A DNA stretch of 64,000 bases from Candidatus Woesebacteria bacterium (GTDB taxonomy: Bacteria > Patescibacteriota > Microgenomatia > UBA1400 > MFAQ01). The notes beneath the pieces are model-generated. The model was not told the DNA's origin, ran no database searches, and worked only from the letters and a program-made list of their open reading frames with translations. The number at the start of each line of letters is the position of its first letter. The first letter of the stretch is position 1. The position numbers and the translations under genes were made by a program. The DNA is taken from the NCBI GenBank assembly GCA_035389185.1, contig DAOORK010000001.1:193006-257005 (forward strand), read 5' to 3'. This document shows, one piece after another, positions 1 to 8,881 of the stretch.

Positions 1-570
1 CTCGTCCCCTGAATGATATATACCGGAAAAATGAAACATGTGATTGAACACATCGCTTTTTCCTTCGACAGTTACTAAATGTGGTCGAATGTCAAAGTTG
101 GGACAGAATTTTGTCTCTGGATAGCTAATTTGAATTGTTGACTTTCCATTAAAAACTCCTTGATAGTACTCAAACTTTCTTGTGGACATCGGTCTATTTA
201 TTTCGAAAACAGCGTAATCAAAATTTGTGTAGTTTGAACCACTCTTGTCGTCTGACAATTCTTGATATCGAAGCGTAGTGGAAAATTTATCTAAAAACGT
301 TTTTAGCTTAACCCAATCTGCTTTGTCATGAATTGTAGTCCAACCAAATGTATATTGATTAATGAAATTTGTGTTCCTAAGCTTGAATGATTTAGCAATC
401 TTTTTTAAATGGCCTCTAACTCGGGAAGATTCTTTCGCAACAATAGATGTATAAGAAGGTTTGAGCTTATAACCAGAAAGTTCAATTTCTTTATCAATAA
501 ATAAATAAGGGAATATATATATTGTTAGATTTCCTCTTCTTTTATTACTATTTTTATTACTATTACTCAT
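1..570 (-). CDS. hypothetical protein (3' end truncated at window edge; ATG at 570..568)
   Basis: Own translation of the minus strand: open frame from ATG at 568-570 to position 1, 190 codons with no stop. Lies 8 nt downstream of gene 579..1223 on the same strand. No recognisable motif. Confidence 0.4.
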   Translation of the reverse strand, partial: MSNSNKNSNKRRGNLTIYIFPYLFIDKEIELSGYKLKPSYTSIVAKESSRVRGHLKKIAKSFKLRNTNFINQYTFGWTTIHDKADWVKLKTFLDKFSTTLRYQELSDDKSGSNYTNFDYAVFEINRPMSTRKFEYYQGVFNGKSTIQISYPETKFCPNFDIRPHLVTVEGKSDVFNHMFHFSGIYHSGDE

Positions 571-578
571 TTTTTTGA

Positions 579-1223
579 CTATAGACTTAAATCTGACCCA
601 GATGGCCAAAGCAATGTTGCTTGAAGGCGGTCCGGAACAACAGTAAACATCAACTCCGCAATAAAGTGTGGAGTGAACGCAACCAGACTGGCTGGAGGTG
701 CCTGAAATTTATTGCTTGGTGGTAGTATATCAACTCTCATCACCACTGAACTTGTGCAATGATCCGGAATTGGTACCAAAAAGTTGATCTTTTCTGTAGT
801 GGTAGTTAATACATCAAGAGGTGGAGTATAGAGATGAAAAAGATTAAATGGTGAAATAACTGGATACCAATCAATTGATCTCTTGTTTTCTGGCAATATC
901 TCTTTGTTGCTTGACCTAACATGCATTTTCCCTCCCATGTCTCCATCTGGCGGGTGGAGTGTTATATGCAAATCGTTACGATCACCACTTTGTTGGCCTT
1001 CATATAATTTAAACTTATGGTCTTTTAGACTTGCCTTCCCCCATATCATTGGAATTTCAGATTTACCATGAAATTCAGACCTAAAGACAAACAGTCCTTT
1101 CATCGACCAACTCGCTTTTCCAATTTTATAGTTGTTTCCACGCCACGATAGTCCAACAACAGCATCTTTCTTGTCTGACAATGCTTCTATGGTGTCCAAG
1201 TTATCGTTATCAGAGACTATCAT
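579..1223 (-). CDS. hypothetical protein
   Basis: 214 aa ORF in the track; uses a TAG stop, which shows TAG is a genuine stop codon in this genome. No recognisable motif. Confidence 0.5.
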   Translation of the reverse strand: MIVSDNDNLDTIEALSDKKDAVVGLSWRGNNYKIGKASWSMKGLFVFRSEFHGKSEIPMIWGKASLKDHKFKLYEGQQSGDRNDLHITLHPPDGDMGGKMHVRSSNKEILPENKRSIDWYPVISPFNLFHLYTPPLDVLTTTTEKINFLVPIPDHCTSSVVMRVDILPPSNKFQAPPASLVAFTPHFIAELMFTVVPDRLQATLLWPSGSDLSL

Positions 1224-1394
1224 TTTTATATTATATAAGTGATTATCTTAATAGATCAGTCTATATCGATACACCTAAATTATACTGTCCTTTTTAGGTG
1301 TCTTATTTGTCTTGTTTAGCCTCAGAAATGAGACAGTTATAGCGACGTAAGGGTCCCAGTCCCAGATGGCTCACTAGTTCCAGTTTGTGCCAAG

Positions 1395-1420
1395 GCGACC
1401 TTCACGGGTCGCTTTGTTGT
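1395..1420 (+). terminator. orphan hairpin gcgacc-ttcac-gggtcgc followed by tttgttgtatt
   Basis: GC stem plus T-rich tract on the plus strand; no plus-strand gene lies upstream of it. Confidence 0.3.
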
Positions 1421-1488
1421 ATTGATGTATCCGACTGATATTTAGTTGATTTTCTCCAAATTCGCGATCGATTCCAGTGAGTGTAGTA

Positions 1489-1517
1489 TTGGCCCATGGA
1501 TTTTTGAGTGATATGAT
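1489..1517 (+). promoter_or_regulatory. sigma70-like promoter TTGGCC-17-TGaTATGAT, 5 nt before the ATG at 1523 (leaderless candidate)
   Basis: Extended -10 TGnTATGAT at 1509-1517 and a -35-like TTGGCC at 1489-1494 with a 17 nt spacer; the start codon follows directly. Confidence 0.45.
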
Positions 1518-1522
1518 GAGTC

Positions 1523-2284
1523 ATGATTTTTAACCAAGAAGAAGAATTGGTAGAAAAGGAGTTTAATGCATCATTTGAGTCCAAAATAAAGTTATTTAAA
1601 AGACAAGTTTTGATGTTAGAGTCACTTCTCAAACTAATCGGTGAAAGTAAATTGGTTAAAGAAAACGAATATGATAAATATTCCATTTCTGTTTTAGCTT
1701 CGATTGCTCTTAAAAGTGTAATTAGTTCTCAAGATAGATTGTCAAAGGGATATATCGGGGACAGCGAAGCCGTATTAAAAAGAGTAATCGAATGTTTCTT
1801 GGCCCAGTGCTATTTCTCTAAAAACCCAGATAAAGCAAAGGATTGGGTTGAAGATAAAATTTCTTTAGGCAAACTTGAAGGAGATAGATCAAACTTAGTG
1901 AAATGGCTTGACAAAAACAATATATATCAAGAAATATTTCCCACCAATTCACTAGATTTTTTTCAAGATTTTGTTTACCGTGTAGGTTACAAAAACAATA
2001 ATTACGTTTCTCATATGGATTTTAATATGGTTCATAGAGAAGTCGGATTTGACAGTGCAAGGAATAATACCGCTGTTACTACTTTGGTATTAGGACCCAA
2101 ATTCGATAAAGAATTTATGGAAACAATTTTGAATCGGTTAATGATGACTCTTATGTTGGAAATAACTATGATTAATTGTTTCTTTCACAATCTTGTAACC
2201 GAGGATTACAACGATCTTTTTAAACAGATAATGAAGGTAATTTCTGATGTAAAGCAAGTTTCTAATGCTGTCATTATAAACTGA
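1523..2284 (+). CDS. hypothetical protein, first gene of a two-gene cassette
   Basis: 253 aa ORF in an AT-rich region; its stop lies 3 nt before the ATG of the next ORF. No motif recognised. Confidence 0.55.
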   Translation: MIFNQEEELVEKEFNASFESKIKLFKRQVLMLESLLKLIGESKLVKENEYDKYSISVLASIALKSVISSQDRLSKGYIGDSEAVLKRVIECFLAQCYFSKNPDKAKDWVEDKISLGKLEGDRSNLVKWLDKNNIYQEIFPTNSLDFFQDFVYRVGYKNNNYVSHMDFNMVHREVGFDSARNNTAVTTLVLGPKFDKEFMETILNRLMMTLMLEITMINCFFHNLVTEDYNDLFKQIMKVISDVKQVSNAVIIN

Positions 2285-2286
2285 CT

Positions 2287-3129
2287 ATGACATTTGAGTT
2301 TAATAATAAACAGAAAAAATTAGTCGCAGAATACCACGAGATAGTAACTTACGGATACAAAAAACTGTGCTCAGTTTCCTTGGATCTAAATAGGACTAGA
2401 GTAAGAAAGAAGATTTTATATTTTATGATGGGAGCGATGCAGAGTTATTCTGAAAGCAATTTGAAACTTATGAGTTCAAAACCTGCCTATGAAAAACCTG
2501 GTGAATCTTTACTTAGATCTCAATTAGAAATATGGCTTAATCTCAGATTTATCTATTCGAGCAGATCTGAGGATAAAGCTAGATTATTTCTATCAGATTT
2601 GGTCATTGAATCAATTAAATATGCGACTAATCATAAAACCTTATGGGAGAAATATCCTTCCTGGAATCTAGAGTTTGGAAAAATTAAGAAATCAGATGAT
2701 TGGGACAAGTTCATTTTTGAAAATACTAAACTACTAAAGAAGTCGCAAAAAAAACATAAGGACAAACCTGTTATGAAGTTGCCCAATTTATATGCCAGAA
2801 CTATTGCTATAGACAAATATCTTGAAAAACTTGGAACTTTGTCTGAGAACACAAGTGCGGAAAAGTACTATACACTTTTTTATCCTTACTTCTCCCAATC
2901 TACACATGCCAATATGTCTGGCTTACTAAGATATATGAGTGGAACGGCTGTTTCACCAGACCCATTTTTTTATATAGACTCCAAGCCTGAGGATGCTGAA
3001 AAGGTGTTGACGATAAGCTATGTGGCCTATTTTGATGTCCTCCGCTTCTTTCTACAAGTGTTTGGTGTATATAACGCAGCTGAATATAAGCGATTCAAGC
3101 TGTATTCTAAGGAGATGATGAAGGAATAA
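2287..3129 (+). CDS. hypothetical protein, second gene of a two-gene cassette
   Basis: 280 aa ORF translationally coupled to 1523..2284. No motif recognised. Confidence 0.55.
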   Translation: MTFEFNNKQKKLVAEYHEIVTYGYKKLCSVSLDLNRTRVRKKILYFMMGAMQSYSESNLKLMSSKPAYEKPGESLLRSQLEIWLNLRFIYSSRSEDKARLFLSDLVIESIKYATNHKTLWEKYPSWNLEFGKIKKSDDWDKFIFENTKLLKKSQKKHKDKPVMKLPNLYARTIAIDKYLEKLGTLSENTSAEKYYTLFYPYFSQSTHANMSGLLRYMSGTAVSPDPFFYIDSKPEDAEKVLTISYVAYFDVLRFFLQVFGVYNAAEYKRFKLYSKEMMKE

Positions 3130-3276
3130 ATATATCGAACTATATCATTATACACAATTTCCTTTCTTTTTATGATGTCAAATTTGTCTTATTTAACCTT
3201 AAAAAATGGTGTTAATGGTGCGTATGTATCAGTTATAGCTGACTATTAAAAAAAATAGTTTTCTTGTCGGAATTTT

Positions 3277-3906
3277 TTATATGTGTTTTATAAGTAATAT
3301 TTCCCCAACAATTCTTATCCCGTTTATTTGTTTATATACTGTTCTATTTTGAATTGGTGGTAATCCAGGATCATTAATACGCCAAATATCAGGTGAAAAT
3401 TCTTGAATTAATATAATCCAGTGTTGTGATGGATTTATTGTCTCAATGTATCCATCTAGCCATTGATGCACGGTTTTACCTATAGCAAGACAGTTATCAT
3501 TTTTTAACGCTTCGGATAATTGAGAATCATCGAACTTTTCTTTTTTCCACAAATCTTTGCTTAGCATCTCTTTTGTTGCGTCCTGTACTTCATTCATATA
3601 TTTATAGTCGCCCCTTTCATTTTCTAGATTGAAGAATGTCCCCTTTATTTCTTTTAAATATTCTATTCCTTCTTTTGCTACCCTTTCGTAATCACCTTCG
3701 CTGTAAAAACAGACGTCAAATCCTAATGAGTTTAACCAAACAACTGTTTTTGGTATCCAACTAAACGAGTCTTCGTGATACCCAGTAGATTTTTCAACAT
3801 TAGAAAATTCTCTTGATAATTTAAAGTAATCTAATACGCTCTTTACGCAAGATTGTAGACAAGCGTTATTATTTTTTGAATTTGGATATATTTGGACTGA
3901 TTTCAT
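3277..3906 (-). CDS. papain-like cysteine peptidase, C39-like family (putative)
   Basis: N-terminal NNACLQSC (Cys preceded by Gln) and a downstream HWIIL His, at spacing typical of C39-like peptidase domains. The call is inferred. Confidence 0.4.
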   Translation of the reverse strand: MKSVQIYPNSKNNNACLQSCVKSVLDYFKLSREFSNVEKSTGYHEDSFSWIPKTVVWLNSLGFDVCFYSEGDYERVAKEGIEYLKEIKGTFFNLENERGDYKYMNEVQDATKEMLSKDLWKKEKFDDSQLSEALKNDNCLAIGKTVHQWLDGYIETINPSQHWIILIQEFSPDIWRINDPGLPPIQNRTVYKQINGIRIVGEILLIKHI

Positions 3907-3971
3907 TTCAATTTATATGTGAATGGAGAAACATATGTATTTTCCCAATATGGGAAGTATACAATTATTTT

Positions 3972-4670
3972 GTGAGAAAACCTGCAAAGAAGAGATCGGG
4001 ATTAAAGAAAAAAATTGCTTTTGGAGTAGTAACGATCGCGACAGCTGGAGCACTGGGATTAGGGTTCGGGAATAGAATAAAAATACCTCTATATTCTGTT
4101 GAAAGAGTGGTGGATGGTGACACTTTTGTAACTACAGATAACCAAATGATAAGAATCTTGGGAATCGATGCACCTGAAATCGGGAGATGCGGGGCCGATG
4201 AGGCAACATCTTCGTTAGTGAAAATACTTAAGAAGTCTCCACTTTACATAAAAATTGTTTATAGAGATAGCAGTCATAGACTTTATGGTTTGGTGTACAA
4301 CATTGATGGATCTGTCGCTTTTCAACAACTAAAGGCAGGAATGGCAGTGATGAGAAACAATGAAGATACGAGAGCGGATAATTTGTCCAAAGCTTTAGCG
4401 GAAGCTAAAAATGACAAACGAGGAATCTATGGAGCAAAATGCACTCAGCTCACAAATATTGATAATCCAAAGTGTGTGATTAAAGGGAATAACCGACGTG
4501 AAAGTGATTCCAGGCCAACATACCATTTCCCTGGTTGTGCAAATTACAACAGTACCATTGTTCAACTATACGATGGCGATCAATGGTTTTGCACCGAAAA
4601 AGAGGCTATAAAGGCCGGATATGAAAAAGGAGCTAATTGTTTTGGAAAGACGTATAACGATACTCTTTGA
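3972..4670 (+). CDS. secreted thermonuclease (SNase-like) with a Cys-containing C-terminal domain; alternative upstream TTG start at 3876
   Basis: VDGDTF...IRILGIDAPE matches the staphylococcal-nuclease signature. N-terminal KKRSGLKKKIAFGVVTIATAGALG looks like a signal/anchor. C-terminal KCVIKGN...YHFPGCANY...WFCTEKEAIKAGY module. Start chosen at GTG 3972 because the 3876 start would overlap the divergent gene. Confidence 0.7.
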   Translation: MRKPAKKRSGLKKKIAFGVVTIATAGALGLGFGNRIKIPLYSVERVVDGDTFVTTDNQMIRILGIDAPEIGRCGADEATSSLVKILKKSPLYIKIVYRDSSHRLYGLVYNIDGSVAFQQLKAGMAVMRNNEDTRADNLSKALAEAKNDKRGIYGAKCTQLTNIDNPKCVIKGNNRRESDSRPTYHFPGCANYNSTIVQLYDGDQWFCTEKEAIKAGYEKGANCFGKTYNDTL

Positions 4671-4706
4671 TATAATCTCCCTTAGCAAATTGACAAAGGA
4701 GGAACT

Positions 4707-5000
4707 ATGCCCCCAAAAGGAAAATGGTTTATGGAGTTTGATGTAGAAATAATTGGTAATAACTCACTTGGTGTATCTGACCAGGAAATTGATACTATCT
4801 CTATTGATCTTGACGCAAATGAGGACACGACAGAGGCGTACTTAAACCAAAGATTCGAAACTTTGTGGTACGTGTTAAACCGCATAATGCTGATTGGGTA
4901 TTTGAATAATATTCAGGTTGATAACGATGACAAAGTGATCATAGCCAACCCAAGACTCGTTATGCTCGGCATGAAAGATGATAGAAGAAGAGAGTTATAA
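4707..5000 (+). CDS. small acidic protein (97 aa), possibly a nuclease-associated or inhibitor protein
   Basis: Strong RBS AAGGAGG 5 nt upstream of the ATG; D/E-rich; immediately follows the nuclease gene. Confidence 0.5.
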   Translation: MPPKGKWFMEFDVEIIGNNSLGVSDQEIDTISIDLDANEDTTEAYLNQRFETLWYVLNRIMLIGYLNNIQVDNDDKVIIANPRLVMLGMKDDRRREL

Positions 5001-5008
5001 ATTTGTTT

Positions 5009-5036
5009 GACCGAAGGGAAACCTTCGGTTTTTTGT
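5009..5036 (+). terminator. rho-independent terminator (ccgaagg-gaaa-ccttcgg plus TTTTTTG)
   Basis: Perfect 7 bp GC-rich stem plus T-run after the 4707..5000 gene. Confidence 0.7.
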
Positions 5037-5040
5037 TGAT

Positions 5041-5074
5041 TAAAAATAAAAAACCAGCCTCGATATGAGACTGG
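5041..5074 (-). terminator. rho-independent terminator for 5083..5691 (ccagtctc/gaggctgg hairpin plus T-run on minus)
   Basis: Hairpin with one mismatch, followed on the minus strand by TTTTTTATTTTT. Confidence 0.5.
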
Positions 5075-5082
5075 TAAACAAA

Positions 5083-5691
5083 TTATTTTATAAATGTAAC
5101 TGGATCACCGTAAGGTCCAAGAATGACTTTTTGAACCTTATCTTCTTTTACCAGTTCAAGAAACTCGGCCGGACCCAAGATACCAACAGAAAAAGTTTTT
5201 GGATCAGCTTTGCGTAAGATGACGCCACTGATATCTTTGATTTTCTGACAGAAATCGGCGAACCATTTTTCGTCGGGATCCTTGCCGGGCCAGACATCCA
5301 TAAAGGCTTTCATCACCGTATGGCCGTCGACATCTGAGTAATCCGGTTCTTCCATCTTGGCTAACGAGGATATTGCTCGATTGCGTATTTCTTCGTATGT
5401 CGGAGGAACGTATTTTCTCCCTAGAAGGGTTTCGAGCAGTAAGAGCTCTAAAGCCTCTAAAGCATAATCCTTTTCACTTTCAAAAGTTTTTCCATTTAGA
5501 TCTTTGGGATCGAATACACCAAAGTGTTTCATCAAAAGCGAAACCTCTTTATATGTAAAAGAGGATCCTGTGACTAAGATCACGTTTTTTTCTCTTATAT
5601 ACCATGAATATGGGGCACGTGGATCTGTTTTGGCTATACTTGATCCAAATCCACCGATATACGAAATTGATTCAATTTCCCAAGTTCTCAT
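5083..5691 (-). CDS. hypothetical protein
   Basis: 202 aa ORF; no motif recognised. Confidence 0.5.
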   Translation of the reverse strand: MRTWEIESISYIGGFGSSIAKTDPRAPYSWYIREKNVILVTGSSFTYKEVSLLMKHFGVFDPKDLNGKTFESEKDYALEALELLLLETLLGRKYVPPTYEEIRNRAISSLAKMEEPDYSDVDGHTVMKAFMDVWPGKDPDEKWFADFCQKIKDISGVILRKADPKTFSVGILGPAEFLELVKEDKVQKVILGPYGDPVTFIK

Positions 5692-5737
5692 TTGATCTCC
5701 TTTTGTTTATTTGATTATGGGAATGTGCTGATGGATT

Positions 5738-6373
5738 TTACCATCGTTCTTTCGGAAAATATGAAGATGTTTCCTTTTCGATATCGGCGATAGAACCTTC
5801 GGCGTCAATACTAATCAGTCTTCTCTCTTGATCTAGCTTAAGGAGCATGGGATATGTTTCTTCTCGATAAGTATCAAGACCCATTTCTACACACTCAAGC
5901 TGATCTTCTGGTCTTTGCTTAATCCCCTCTCTTGTGGCTGTTTCCGTACGAATTCTGGCTCTTTCTCTGATAGAGTCGTCGGAAACATCAAAAAACAAGT
6001 GATAGCTAAGGGAACCTTCGATGGTTTTTAACAAAGCGTCAGTAAGCTCTAACTGCTCTAGATTTCTGGGAAAACCGGTAAAAACAAAGATCTCTTTGCC
6101 TTCGGCCATTCGCTTGGCAACAAGTTTTTCGACAATTTCCATTGCCACTGCTGGCGGATAATACTTTCCTTGATTGTCGACCATGTCGATATAGGGTTCG
6201 ATAATTGGCCTAAACTCAACGAACTCCGGATCGTAGTCTCTGGCTTTTCGGTAGACTTCTCCTGTAGATAGCTTAATTGCCTTATCACCGAGGGTTTTAA
6301 CAAGAAGGTCGGCCTGGGTGTCTTTGCCACATGCTTTTTTGCCATTGATAAATATAAATGTTGGTGTTTCCAC
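5738..6373 (-). CDS. adk: adenylate kinase / NMP kinase family protein
   Basis: P-loop GKKACGKDTQA, LSTGEVYRKA and GFPRNLEQ match adenylate-kinase motifs. Confidence 0.65.
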   Translation of the reverse strand: METPTFIFINGKKACGKDTQADLLVKTLGDKAIKLSTGEVYRKARDYDPEFVEFRPIIEPYIDMVDNQGKYYPPAVAMEIVEKLVAKRMAEGKEIFVFTGFPRNLEQLELTDALLKTIEGSLSYHLFFDVSDDSIRERARIRTETATREGIKQRPEDQLECVEMGLDTYREETYPMLLKLDQERRLISIDAEGSIADIEKETSSYFPKERW

Positions 6374-6390
6374 AGAGATATTCTATAGCA

Positions 6391-6418
6391 AAAAGCCGGA
6401 AAAATTCCGGCTTTTTGT
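6391..6418. terminator. bidirectional terminator hairpin (agccggaa-aaa-ttccggct) flanked by A- and T-runs
   Basis: 8 bp stem with T-runs on both strands, between convergent-orientation transcripts. Confidence 0.6.
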
Positions 6419-6432
6419 GCACTAAATACTAA

Positions 6433-6891
6433 TCATTTTGTAACCGAGGGTTGATTGCCTACTCCATTTCCGCCTTGGTTTCCCATGTAATTTGTACCCA
6501 TGTTTACTGTTTGGGCGGAAATACTGCCTGTAGTGCTATCTGTGGTGCCGATAACCATGACTTCGTCTCCTTCTTTTAAATCCGCTTTTGAAGCTTGGGT
6601 TGTTTTGTTTACTTTGGTAGAGTCGGAAATAAGTACGATTTTGTTACTGCCATCACTGGTTTGAATCGTAATACTAGTTGCATCGAGCTTGATAATTTTC
6701 CCCGATACAGGAGCGCCATTACGGTTGCCGGTGTTTGCGGAAACGGTACGAGTACCATTTACCATGCCTTGCTGGTTGATACCTGGACGAGTTGCTGCCA
6801 ACTTTCCTTTTTGATAGGTAGTGCCGGCAAAGAAACCGAGGAAGAGAGCGGCAAAACTAATAACAGCGGAAAATAGAATTGTTTTTTTCAT
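6433..6891 (-). CDS. secreted protein of unknown function (signal peptide)
   Basis: N-terminal MKKTILFSAVISFAALFLGFFAG; mature part rich in G/T/S/N. Confidence 0.5.
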   Translation of the reverse strand: MKKTILFSAVISFAALFLGFFAGTTYQKGKLAATRPGINQQGMVNGTRTVSANTGNRNGAPVSGKIIKLDATSITIQTSDGSNKIVLISDSTKVNKTTQASKADLKEGDEVMVIGTTDSTTGSISAQTVNMGTNYMGNQGGNGVGNQPSVTK

Positions 6892-6931
6892 ATTAAGGCT
6901 AGTTTAGAGGGTTTACCTGAATACTAGCTGA

Positions 6932-8179
6932 CTATTCGTAACGTAAGGCTTCGATGGGTTGAAGGTTTGAGGCACGTCTGGCTGGATACCAACCAAAAAT
7001 GATACCGATAGCCGCAGAGACAACAAAGGCAAGAGCAATTGATGATGGAGAGAGATAGAAAGTTGAGGCGTTTGCGGTGGAGTAAATATATGAGGCAAGA
7101 ATACCGAAAACGATACCTAAGATACCACCCACGAAGGTGAGAATGACTGACTCCATGAGGAATTGACGAACAATAACACTTTTTTTAGCACCCAAAGCCT
7201 TTCGCAGACCAATCTCTCGAGTACGCTCGGTAACTGTAACAAGCATTATATTCATAATGCCGATGCCGCCAACCAACAGCGAGATGGCCGCAATGCCTGT
7301 AAGTAGGGAGGTAAAAGTACCGGTGACTGAAGAGGCAGTAGAAAGAATATCTTGCTGGGATTGAATACGAAAATCGATCTTGCTGGTATCGGTGATCTTG
7401 TGCCGGTCCATGAGCAAGTATCCAATTTGGGTAACGGCCGTGTCCATATCTTCCTCGCTTTTTGCCTCGACCGCGATAGATGTTAGATATTTTGAACCAA
7501 AAAGAAGTTTTTGAGCTGTGCTTAAGGGGACGTAAATACGATCGTCTTGGCTTTCATTGGTTCCACCTTTGGAAGCTGTGACACCAACGATGGTGAAGCT
7601 TTTTCCTCCAATACGAATTGATTGACCGATTACCGTGGCCGCTGTGGCATTGTCCCCAAAAAGATCGGTGACGACGGTTGGCCCCAAAACTGCCACTCGA
7701 CTGGTGGATGAAACATCTTTGGTGGTGATAAAGACACCATTGTCGAGTGTAAGACTGTGTACTGAGGTGTATGTAGGGGTTACTCCGATGATGGTGGTAT
7801 TGGTGTTGTTTGAACCGGTTACGACTTGAGATCTACCTGAGTACTCCGGAGAGACATACTTGACAGTGGTAATTGATGTGGAGTTGGTGATGGCTGTGGC
7901 ATCGGCACTGGTGAGAGTGGTAGCTGACCCGGCTGCACCTCGAATTGCACCTGATGATGATCTGCTCGGGGAAATGGTCAAGAGATTTGAGCCAAGGGAC
8001 TGAATATTTGACTGGACTGCTTTTTGACTGGACTGTCCGATAGAAACAAGAGCAATTACTGAACCAATACCGATGACAATACCTAAGATGGCCAGACCTG
8101 TACGCATTAGGTTGAGCTTTAATGTTCCAATACTCTCGATGAATTGTTCTTTTATATCCATATTATTTTTGAATGGCAC
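6932..8179 (-). CDS. ABC transporter permease, MacB/FtsX family
   Basis: N-terminal TM followed by a large periplasmic domain and a C-terminal FtsX-like 3-TM bundle; directly downstream of the ABC ATPase. Confidence 0.85.
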   Translation of the reverse strand: MPFKNNMDIKEQFIESIGTLKLNLMRTGLAILGIVIGIGSVIALVSIGQSSQKAVQSNIQSLGSNLLTISPSRSSSGAIRGAAGSATTLTSADATAITNSTSITTVKYVSPEYSGRSQVVTGSNNTNTTIIGVTPTYTSVHSLTLDNGVFITTKDVSSTSRVAVLGPTVVTDLFGDNATAATVIGQSIRIGGKSFTIVGVTASKGGTNESQDDRIYVPLSTAQKLLFGSKYLTSIAVEAKSEEDMDTAVTQIGYLLMDRHKITDTSKIDFRIQSQQDILSTASSVTGTFTSLLTGIAAISLLVGGIGIMNIMLVTVTERTREIGLRKALGAKKSVIVRQFLMESVILTFVGGILGIVFGILASYIYSTANASTFYLSPSSIALAFVVSAAIGIIFGWYPARRASNLQPIEALRYE

Positions 8180-8876
8180 GATGGCGACGATGGTCTGTTT
8201 TATCGCTTACGATCTTGCCGTCTTTGATAAGAATGATTCTCTTGGCATGCTCGGCAATATCAGGCTCGTGGGTAATCATCACGATAGTGTTACCTTCATC
8301 ATTTATTTTTTCAAAGATGGCCATGATTTCCTCTGCCTGAACTGAGGCAATGTTTCCGGTTGGTTCATCGGCCAGAAGTAATGAAGGGTTCATAACAAGA
8401 GCTCTAGCGATGGCCACACGCTGTTGCTGACCTCCTGAGATTTGATTGCTGGTGTGATTGATACGATCCTCAAGACCGACCATTTTGAGCAGTTTAAGCG
8501 CTGTCTCGACTCTCTTTTCTTTGGGAGTTGCACCATAGGCCATGGGCATCATGACATTTTTGAGACAACTGGTACGAGGCAAGAGATTAAACGCCTGAAA
8601 AATGAAGCCAATTTTTTTATTACGGATGTCCGATAGCTCGTCATCATTGAGTTTTTCGACGTTGTGACCATCGAGAATATATTCACCTGATGTGGGTTTA
8701 TCGAGAGCACCAAGAATGTGCATAAGAGTGGACTTTCCGGAACCTGATGGGCCCATGATAGCGACGAACTCCCCTTGTTCTATCTTGAATGATACATCGT
8801 CGAGGGCTGTTGTCTCTAGTGACTCAGTACGGTAAACCTTTGATAAATGTTTTACCTCAATAATGACCTTTGCCAT
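8163..8876 (-). CDS. ABC transporter ATP-binding protein (MacB/LolD-like)
   Basis: Walker A GPSGSGKST, signature LSGGQQQRVAIARAL and Walker B LLLADEPTG. Confidence 0.9.
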   Translation of the reverse strand: MAKVIIEVKHLSKVYRTESLETTALDDVSFKIEQGEFVAIMGPSGSGKSTLMHILGALDKPTSGEYILDGHNVEKLNDDELSDIRNKKIGFIFQAFNLLPRTSCLKNVMMPMAYGATPKEKRVETALKLLKMVGLEDRINHTSNQISGGQQQRVAIARALVMNPSLLLADEPTGNIASVQAEEIMAIFEKINDEGNTIVMITHEPDIAEHAKRIILIKDGKIVSDKTDHRRHRAIQK

Positions 8877-8881
8877 AGTAT

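Noticed and set aside
1300-1420. Possibility that the orphan hairpin region encodes SRP RNA, 6S, tmRNA or RNase P RNA.
   Set aside because: None of the conserved signature sequences I know for those RNAs are present (SRP domain IV GGAAGCAGCC, the tmRNA tRNA-like end, the RNase P P4 GGAAAGUCCGG). I kept it only as an unassigned hairpin.
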